A stretch of DNA of 14,797 nt. It comes from Thermotogota bacterium (GTDB lineage Bacteria; Thermotogota; Thermotogae; Petrotogales; Kosmotogaceae). The notes beneath the pieces were generated by a model, which saw only the letters and a program-made list of their open reading frames with translations, was not told the DNA's origin and made no database searches. Positions 8,809-14,797 of the stretch are shown here, piece after piece. The translations under genes were made by a program, and so were the position numbers. Location: positions 1 through 14,797 of the forward strand of contig JAYEJL010000060.1 of assembly GCA_034660555.1 (NCBI GenBank). The letters run 5' to 3'. Each line of letters begins with the position of its first letter. The first letter of the stretch is position 1.

Positions 8809-9753
8809 ATGTCATACGTAAATACTAAGAAGATACTTGAAAAGGCAAGTAAAAATTATTATGGAGTTCCTGCCTTAAATATTAATAACCTTGAATTTTT
8901 CCATGCCATTGTCGAAGCTGGTATTGAAGAAAAGGCTCCTGTAATAATTGAAACTTCTGAAGGAGCATTGAAATACGCGGGAAATGGTGATCAATATAGG
9001 GGAGCGAAGTTTTTCGTCGATCTTGTAAAATCTTACGCTGAGAGTATTGACATTCCTATTTCACTTCATCTTGATCATGGTAAACATTTTGATGTGATTG
9101 TCAAAGCTATTAAGGCTGGATATTCTTCAGTAATGATTGATGCTTCTGAACATCCTTTTGAGGAGAATTTAAAACAAACAGCTAAAATTGTAGAAATTGC
9201 TCATTCTGTTGGTGTTTCTGTTGAAGCAGAATTAGGACGATTGGTAGGTATTGAAGACAATGTAGAGGTAAATAAGAGTGAGGCAGCACTTGTTGTACCT
9301 GAGGAGGCTAAAGAATTCGTTGAGCGTACTCAGGTTGATTTTCTTGCACCAGCAATAGGAACAAGTCACGGTGCATTTAAATTCAAAGGTGAAGCAAAGC
9401 TTGATTTTAATAGACTCAAAAAGGTTAAATCATTGACTAATATACCACTTGTTCTACACGGAGCTTCAAGTGTACCAGAAGAAGTAGTTAAACTGGCAGA
9501 GGAGTATGGAGCTGATTTCAAAGGGGCAAAAGGCGTACCCTCTGACATACTTGAAACGACGATTAAATTTGGAATCAACAAAGTTAATACCGATACAGAT
9601 TTAAGAATGGCATATATTGCAGGTTTAAGAGAATTCTTAAAACATAATGCTACAGAATTTGATCCCAGAAAATATTTCAAAACACCAAAAGCTTATGTGA
9701 AGAAAGTTGTTCAGGAACGAATGAGATTGTTAGGTTGTTCTGGAAAAGCCTGA
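8809..9753 (+). CDS. fba: Class II fructose-1,6-bisphosphate aldolase
   Basis: LHLDHG, SSVMIDAS, VEAELG, AIGTSHGAFK, LVLHGASSV, KVNTDTDLR, FDPRKY. Confidence 0.96.
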   Translation: MSYVNTKKILEKASKNYYGVPALNINNLEFFHAIVEAGIEEKAPVIIETSEGALKYAGNGDQYRGAKFFVDLVKSYAESIDIPISLHLDHGKHFDVIVKAIKAGYSSVMIDASEHPFEENLKQTAKIVEIAHSVGVSVEAELGRLVGIEDNVEVNKSEAALVVPEEAKEFVERTQVDFLAPAIGTSHGAFKFKGEAKLDFNRLKKVKSLTNIPLVLHGASSVPEEVVKLAEEYGADFKGAKGVPSDILETTIKFGINKVNTDTDLRMAYIAGLREFLKHNATEFDPRKYFKTPKAYVKKVVQERMRLLGCSGKA

Positions 9754-9774
9754 AATAAATTTGGAGGTGCTTTT

Positions 9775-11004
9775 GTGAAAATTCTGGTCATAAATTGTGG
9801 ATCATCTTCCATTAAATATAAGCTGATAGAAATGAATAATGAGAAAGTAATTTCTGAAGGTTTGCTCGAAAGAATTGGTATTGATGGATCTCGTTTAAAG
9901 CATAAGAAAAACAGTGAAGAATTCGTGGTCAACAAAGATGTCAAAAATCATAAAGAAGGACTCGAAATGATAGTTGAAACTCTGACAGATGAAAAGTCAG
10001 GAGTTATAAAGAATCTGTCAGAGATAGATGCGGTAGGACATAGAGTTGTTCACGGAGGAGAACGATTTGCGTCTTCTGTAAAAATAACCGACGAGGTAAT
10101 AAAAGAAATTCAAGCAAATGCCTTCCTTGCACCTTTACACAATCCTCCAAACATTCAAGGTATTAAAGCTGCAATGGAATTATTGCCTGATGTAATACAG
10201 GTTGGCGTTTTTGATACAGCTTTTCATCAAACAATGCCTTCTAAGTCATTTATTTATGCACTTCCGTACGAATATTACGAAAAATTTAAAATCAGAAGAT
10301 ATGGGTTTCATGGAACAAGTCACAGATATGTAGCAAAGAGGATGGCAAAATTACTTGGCATGGATATCAAAAAATCAAAACTCATCACAGTTCATGTGGG
10401 TAATGGAGCTTCAATAGCTGCTGTGAAAAATGGCAAATCTTTTGATACATCGATGGGATTAACCCCGTTAGAAGGACTTGTTATGGGTACAAGATCGGGT
10501 GATATTGATCCTGCAATAGTCACATTTCTTCAGGAACAGCTTGATTTTTCTCCTGAAGAAGTAAATAACCTTCTAAATAAAAAAAGTGGAATGTTGGGAC
10601 TCACTAAAGGAAAGTTCAGCGATATGAGAGAAATTGAAGAGAAAGCCATGGAAAATGAAGAGACTTGTAAGCTGGCTCATGATATTTATGAATACCGAAT
10701 TGCCAAATATATTGGAGCATATGCAGCAGCAATGAATGGCGTTGATGCAATAGCATTTACTGCGGGTGTTGGAGAAAACAGTCCATATTTGCGCTCAAAT
10801 GTTGTAAATAAATACCTGGGATATCTTGGCGTAAAACTTGATGAAGAAGCAAACAACTGTAGAGCATGTGAAAAGATTATAACAACCCCAGATTCTCATG
10901 TTAAAGTACTGATCATACCAACTAATGAAGAATTGGTGATTGCGAGAGATGCAAAAGCTATTGTAGAGATGGGTGTTAACGAAATAAGTGCAACCATAAC
11001 ATAA
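9775..11004 (+). CDS. ackA: Acetate kinase
   Basis: ILVINCGSSSIKY, GHRVVHGG, APLHNP, FDTAFHQT, RRYGFHGTSH, MGTRSGDIDP, FTAGVGEN, PTNEE. GTG start after GGAGGT. Confidence 0.97.
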   Translation: MKILVINCGSSSIKYKLIEMNNEKVISEGLLERIGIDGSRLKHKKNSEEFVVNKDVKNHKEGLEMIVETLTDEKSGVIKNLSEIDAVGHRVVHGGERFASSVKITDEVIKEIQANAFLAPLHNPPNIQGIKAAMELLPDVIQVGVFDTAFHQTMPSKSFIYALPYEYYEKFKIRRYGFHGTSHRYVAKRMAKLLGMDIKKSKLITVHVGNGASIAAVKNGKSFDTSMGLTPLEGLVMGTRSGDIDPAIVTFLQEQLDFSPEEVNNLLNKKSGMLGLTKGKFSDMREIEEKAMENEETCKLAHDIYEYRIAKYIGAYAAAMNGVDAIAFTAGVGENSPYLRSNVVNKYLGYLGVKLDEEANNCRACEKIITTPDSHVKVLIIPTNEELVIARDAKAIVEMGVNEISATIT

Positions 11005-11011
11005 ATCATAT

Positions 11012-11038
11012 TACCCGTTATTTGTAGCGGGTATTTTT
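11012..11038 (+). terminator. intrinsic terminator after ackA
   Basis: Stem TACCCGTTA / TAGCGGGTA (9 bp, one G-U pair), loop TTTG, followed by TTTTT. Confidence 0.75.
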
Positions 11039-11051
11039 AAGAGGTGAACGT

Positions 11052-12140
11052 GTGAAAGAATTAGTTCTTGACCCTGATAGAAAAATATTCAAAAAAGGTC
11101 AAGATATTTCTACATATTACTTTGTAAAGAGTGGTGGAGTAATCGTAAAGTGTAATTCAGATGATGACATCTACATCTCGGGAGATCTGGTAGATCCGTT
11201 GAGCTTGGTGGCATCAAAATCTACTGGAGATGGATTTTCAGTTGGTAAAACTATACTCATTTCAGCTAATAAAAATGAAGTTTTCAATTTTCTAGTAGCA
11301 AACACACGGTTGCTCCAAAAAGCTCTTAATAAGACAATAGAATTAATTGAGAATTACCACAAAGAATGTGATAAAACTATACGTACCTTTGAAGAAACAA
11401 TGTCTCAAATAATTAGAAAGAAGCAATTCTTTTTGGAAAAATATCCTCCTCTTCTTTTTGGAGAAAAGCCACTTTATCGTAAAGCAGTAAAACAAATGCA
11501 AAAAAAAGAATATAGTTCTTCCATAGAAACGTTCTATTCATATCTTGAACAATATCACAATTCTCCTCTCGAGAGGCCCGTTAAGCTATTCCTAGCACTG
11601 GGGAAAATGGGCGTTGGTGAATTAAGTGAAGCAGCAGATTTAATGATACAACTCATAGATTCTGAAAACGATGCTGTATCGAAATATGTTCGGCAGTTAT
11701 TTAATCTTTTTGAAATCTGTGACACTTCTTTTTCTTTAACTTATGGATTCCCCAAGTATAGCGAAGAATTCCTAAAACTCTTGAAGTCAGAAACTGATAA
11801 TCAAAAAGAAACTGAAGATACTGAACATGTTTATGCAGAAGAAGACAGAGCTGCAGAAAAAATATTCTTTGTGCTTTCTGGAAACATTAATCTGATGAAA
11901 AATCATCATGTAGGTTTATTCAAACTAAATGAGCTAAAAGCTGGAGAATCCCTGGGAGAGATACAGGTTATGCTGCGAAATAAATGGGATATTACCGCTA
12001 TAGCAAATCCGTCAGCAAAGATAGCTTCAGTTAACAAAGATAAATTCATAAAAATGATAACCAACGAATCTCCGAAAGATGGTATAACTATTTTAGAATA
12101 TTTACTTAATTACCATAAGGAATATGTTAGAGAACTTTAA
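11052..12140 (+). CDS. Uncharacterised protein: degenerate cyclic-nucleotide-binding (CNB) domain, TPR pair, second CNB domain; no HTH
   Basis: N-terminal IFKKGQ..YYFVKSGGV; central LYRKAVKQMQKKEYSSSIETFYSYLEQYHNSP..LFLA (BamD/CpoB-like TPR); C-terminal IFFVLSGNI..ELKAGESLGEIQVM. SD GAGGTGA, GTG start. Confidence 0.75.
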   Translation: MKELVLDPDRKIFKKGQDISTYYFVKSGGVIVKCNSDDDIYISGDLVDPLSLVASKSTGDGFSVGKTILISANKNEVFNFLVANTRLLQKALNKTIELIENYHKECDKTIRTFEETMSQIIRKKQFFLEKYPPLLFGEKPLYRKAVKQMQKKEYSSSIETFYSYLEQYHNSPLERPVKLFLALGKMGVGELSEAADLMIQLIDSENDAVSKYVRQLFNLFEICDTSFSLTYGFPKYSEEFLKLLKSETDNQKETEDTEHVYAEEDRAAEKIFFVLSGNINLMKNHHVGLFKLNELKAGESLGEIQVMLRNKWDITAIANPSAKIASVNKDKFIKMITNESPKDGITILEYLLNYHKEYVREL

Positions 12141-13003
12141 GGATTTCTTAGATATACTATTTCGTTATCAATAAGTCTGGCTTTACCTACAAAAGTAGCT
12201 ATTGCTATTATCACACTATCACTTTTTGCGTCATTTATCTTATCCAAGATATTCAATGTTTGTTCATCAACAATTTCTATGTAATCAATTTTGATATTCT
12301 CACTATCACCAATAATCTTCTTAACTGCATCTTTTATTTCACTCACATCATTTTTGCCATCTTTAATGAGTTCCTTCCCCTTTAGCAACGCCTTATGAAT
12401 CAAAGGTGCTTCTCTGCGTTGTTCGTTGGTAAGATAGATATTTCTTGAACTCATAGCTAATCCATCTTTTTCCCTTATAATAGGCATTTCAACCAATTCG
12501 ACAGTGAAATTCAAATCTCTAACCATTTTTCTTATTACTCTGAATTGCTGAGCATCTTTTTGGCCAAAATATGCTCTTGTTGGTTTAATTATATTTAACA
12601 ATTTTGATACAACTGTTGTAACACCCTTAAAATGTCCTGGCCTTTTTTCACCACATAGTACTTTCGATAACTTATTCTCCAATACATATGTTGAATGGTC
12701 TTTAAAATACATTTCTCCTACTGTTGGAGCAAATACATAGTCAACCCCAAGTTTTTGAAGTGAATTAATATCTTTTTCTTCATTTCTTGGATACGATTCA
12801 AAATCCTCATTAGGACCAAACTGGGTGGGGTTAACAAAAACACTGGTGGTTACACAATCATTATCCTTCACAGCCTGCCTGACAAGCGAGAGGTGTCCTT
12901 CATGTAGATAACCCATTGTTGGAACGAGACCATGAGTTTTTCTATTTGAAATGAACTCTTTCGAGATCTCAGTCATCTCTTTAATATTTCTTACTATTTT
13001 CAT
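12137..13003 (-). CDS. panC: Pantoate--beta-alanine ligase (pantothenate synthetase)
   Basis: VPTMGYLHEGHLSL, FVNPTQFGPNED, RPGHFKGV, FGQKDAQQ, REKDGLAMSSRN, ARLIDN. Confidence 0.97.
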   Translation of the reverse strand: MKIVRNIKEMTEISKEFISNRKTHGLVPTMGYLHEGHLSLVRQAVKDNDCVTTSVFVNPTQFGPNEDFESYPRNEEKDINSLQKLGVDYVFAPTVGEMYFKDHSTYVLENKLSKVLCGEKRPGHFKGVTTVVSKLLNIIKPTRAYFGQKDAQQFRVIRKMVRDLNFTVELVEMPIIREKDGLAMSSRNIYLTNEQRREAPLIHKALLKGKELIKDGKNDVSEIKDAVKKIIGDSENIKIDYIEIVDEQTLNILDKINDAKSDSVIIAIATFVGKARLIDNEIVYLRNP

Positions 13004-13011
13004 AGATCACC

Positions 13012-13851
13012 TCAATGTATTTTATAAGTCATTTCATATTGAAGAAGCGCAATCTCAAAACCTAATTCACAACTCACATTATAAATTGGATCATTTTCAG
13101 GGATCGAAGGTAAAAGAACACTTTCGAAGCTAGAAAAATAGGTGAGTACACAGCTCATTAATTCATTATAATCATATTTTTTATAAGGTCCCATATCGAT
13201 AATATAAACAACCCTATCTTTCTCACCCCAGATAAGATATCCAATATAATCAGAATCTTTTTTTATCAGTGAAGATTCATATCCTTCAAGTAATGTGAAA
13301 TGTTTTGCTTCTCCTTTCCAGTTAGGTTTCCGATTAAAGCGATTCTGAGCTTCAAACGCTACTGAAACCAACTCTCCGATATTTTTCTCAACCAGCTTAA
13401 TGTTATTGCTGACAGTTTCTTTTAAACGTTTATATAGAGAAAACAACTGTCTCTTTTCTCTAAACCCATATTTTGAATAAAATTTGACTGCTCTTTCATC
13501 TTTTGCTGGAACTTCTAAACTTAGGGATTTTATACCTTTCCACTTACATACTTCATAAATGTCATCCATCAACTGAAATCCAATTCCTGCACGTCTGTAT
13601 TTCTTTTTTACACCTATTAAATAAATCCTGCATCGTGATTCTCTAAAGGCCAATAATGCTATCCCAGCCTTTTCACCATCTACAATACAAACAAGGGAAT
13701 CAGATTCAGAGATACCGTTTTCTTCAATATCCTTTTTGTAAGAATCTAAATTCCATGAAAGCGGTAAAACATAATCTTTGAAAACATCATTTAATAATTC
13801 AATAGTTTCAACCCGGGAAAACTCATTAAGCTTTTTACACTTTTTCTCCAT
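13012..13851 (-). CDS. GNAT-family N-acetyltransferase (probably two tandem GNAT folds)
   Basis: Motif A IGVKKKYRRAGIG, and LEV...ERAVKFYSKYGF. A second degenerate fold (IGYLIW..VYIIDM..LGF) lies in the C-terminal half. SD AAGGAG. Confidence 0.85.
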   Translation of the reverse strand: MEKKCKKLNEFSRVETIELLNDVFKDYVLPLSWNLDSYKKDIEENGISESDSLVCIVDGEKAGIALLAFRESRCRIYLIGVKKKYRRAGIGFQLMDDIYEVCKWKGIKSLSLEVPAKDERAVKFYSKYGFREKRQLFSLYKRLKETVSNNIKLVEKNIGELVSVAFEAQNRFNRKPNWKGEAKHFTLLEGYESSLIKKDSDYIGYLIWGEKDRVVYIIDMGPYKKYDYNELMSCVLTYFSSFESVLLPSIPENDPIYNVSCELGFEIALLQYEMTYKIH

Positions 13852-13879
13852 TATTTACTCCTTTTCTTTTTACTAAACA

Positions 13880-14248
13880 CTAATGACCAAATCTTTTGTG
13901 TTCTTGAATAAGTTCAGATAATAATTCCTTCAAAGTCCAGTTCAAATTTGTTTCGGTCGTTGTCGCAAAGACACATGACTTGCCTTTTAATCTAATATTT
14001 TTTATTACATCATTTATAGTTTTTCCATCTACATTGTGAAAGATTATAAAAGAATTGCTCCTTGAAAGATTAGTATCCGAATCATCAACATCTTTTAATT
14101 CATTGTTGACAATATTATTAATTAATTTGTCTTCTAGACCTTTACCATCAATTAAACATAACCTATTTGAACCATGTTCCTTCATCAACTTTTCTAATTC
14201 ATCTAAATCAAGATTGTAACAGATAATAGCTCCATTGGTATCCTCCAA
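13880..14248 (-). CDS. DUF3783-like hypothetical protein
   Basis: C-terminal FIIFHN....INDVIKNIR....VFATTTETNLNWTLKELLSELIQEH matches the DUF3783 pattern as I recall it. Start placed at TTG 14248 (9 nt after GGGAG) rather than 14257, which abuts the SD. Confidence 0.7.
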   Translation of the reverse strand: MEDTNGAIICYNLDLDELEKLMKEHGSNRLCLIDGKGLEDKLINNIVNNELKDVDDSDTNLSRSNSFIIFHNVDGKTINDVIKNIRLKGKSCVFATTTETNLNWTLKELLSELIQEHKRFGH

Positions 14249-14278
14249 AAATCTCAACTCCCGACTATAGATACTTCA

Positions 14279-14287
14279 ATTTTACCA
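14279..14287 (-). promoter_or_regulatory. possible extended -10 promoter for the DUF3783-GNAT-panC operon
   Basis: TGgTAAAAT on the minus strand about 30 nt upstream of the DUF3783 start; no recognisable -35. Confidence 0.4.
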
Positions 14288-14379
14288 GAACATTGTATTT
14301 CAAAAAAATTTTTCTTATAACACAATAAAAATAATAAAGATTGAAGTTCGAGTCGTAAGAATCTGCAAATTCAAAAAAA

Positions 14380-14450
14380 CGTTGTGCGATAGTAGGTTGT
14401 GCGTTGTACGGTTAAATACCGTTGTACGTTGTCGGTTGTGCGTCGTGCGG
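14380..14450. repeat. Two 40-bp-period blocks of four degenerate heptamers (consensus CGTTGTR)
   Basis: cgttgtg cgatagta ggttgtg cgttgta cgg [ttaaatac] cgttgta cgttgtc ggttgtg cgtcgtg cgg. Confidence 0.85.
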
Positions 14451-14507
14451 AAAGTTCAAAAAAATATTAAACAAGATATAGAGACAAAAAACCAAATTCA
14501 CACTTTT

Positions 14508-14542
14508 CCCCTCAGCTTCGCAGGTACCTTCCTCAAGGAAGG
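14508..14542. repeat. REP-like double-hairpin element
   Basis: CCCCTCA-GCTTCGC-AGG weak hairpin, then perfect inverted repeat CCTTCCT-ca-AGGAAGG (14527-14542). Confidence 0.45.
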
Positions 14543-14550
14543 AATCAAAT

Positions 14551-14621
14551 ACGAAAAGACGAGAAGAACCAAGGGTACGAGAATCTGAGAGCTCGAGAAA
14601 AACCATGAGTACCAAAAGACG
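14551..14621. repeat. Degenerate octamer-period repeats
   Basis: acgaaaag acgagaag aaccaagg gtacgaga atctgaga gctcgaga. Also aaccaagggtac (14567) vs aaccatgagtac (14601), and acgaaaagacg (14551) vs accaaaagacg (14611). Confidence 0.55.
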
Positions 14622-14639
14622 TGAACCGTTTACCGATTG

Positions 14640-14667
14640 ATTCTAATGCCCTCACCCACTATGTCAA
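14640..14667 (-). promoter_or_regulatory. near-consensus sigma70 promoter pointing into the repeat region
   Basis: Minus strand TTGACA (14667-14662), 16-bp spacer, TAGAAT (14645-14640). Confidence 0.55.
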
Positions 14668-14697
14668 CTTAAGGAGACAGACTACCTGAAACTGTCC

Positions 14698-14748
14698 TCA
14701 GTTGGCAGTTAGAATGAGCAACAGGATCAGGCAGGGATAACCTTTCAT
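14698..14748 (-). CDS. Putative 16-aa hydrophobic small peptide MKGYPCLILLLILTAN
   Basis: SD GAGAGGTGA immediately upstream of the ATG (same style as panC and topA, but with short spacing). Possible -10 TACAAT at 14795-14790. TGA stop at 14700-14698. Below the ORF-track length cutoff. Confidence 0.4.
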   Translation of the reverse strand: MKGYPCLILLLILTAN

Positions 14749-14797
14749 TATCACCTCTCATATTTTTATTAACAGAAACATCCTTAATTATTGTATA

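Noticed and set aside
1499..9944. Minus-strand or alternate-frame ORFs within yhaM, topA, ddl, hslV, hslU, fba and ackA
   Set aside because: These are shadow ORFs of well-conserved genes, mostly with the Ser/Phe/Leu-rich composition typical of antisense frames.
4545..11507. Poly-A tracts (A7-A8) in topA, ddl and the CNB gene as phase-variation or frameshift sites
   Set aside because: They are expected in Lys-rich, AT-rich coding DNA, and all reading frames are intact.
12951..13133. ORF 12951..13133 (+)
   Set aside because: It is antisense to the panC/GNAT junction and has no SD or motif.
14380..14450. CRISPR array or oriC DnaA-box cluster
   Set aside because: There are only two imperfect blocks with an 8-nt linker, no unique spacers and no cas genes. 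No TTATCCACA boxes occur here, there is only one loose match to the Thermotoga-type 12-mer as I recall it, and dnaA is not nearby.
14382..14615. ORFs 14382..14588 (+) and 14412..14615 (-)
   Set aside because: Both are translations of repeat DNA (RLCVVR repeats), with TTG starts, no SD and no recognisable domain.

Overview
AT-rich bacterial chromosomal region, most likely from a member of Thermotogota. This is inferred from Ddl, HslV, Fba and AckA resembling Thermotoga-type proteins as I recall them, and from GGAGGTGA-type Shine-Dalgarno (SD) sites. The window is mostly housekeeping. It begins with the 5' end of a HAD hydrolase (minus strand), divergent from a long plus-strand operon: rpmB-alr-yhaM-like HD nuclease-topA-ddl-hslV-hslU-dprA. 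Next come fba-ackA with their own promoter and terminator, and an uncharacterised CNB-TPR-CNB protein. A convergent minus-strand operon follows (DUF3783-like, tandem GNAT, panC). The least explained part is the last ~540 bp (14260-14797). It holds two blocks of heptamer tandem repeats bracketed by 10-bp direct repeats, a REP-like double hairpin, degenerate octamer repeats, a near-consensus minus-strand promoter, and an unannotated 16-aa hydrophobic ORF whose ribosome-binding site sits in a hairpin (type I toxin-like or leader-peptide-like). I see no CRISPR array, transposase, tRNA or rRNA. I cannot demonstrate a new system; the best candidates are the small ORF/repeat region and the CNB-TPR-CNB protein.
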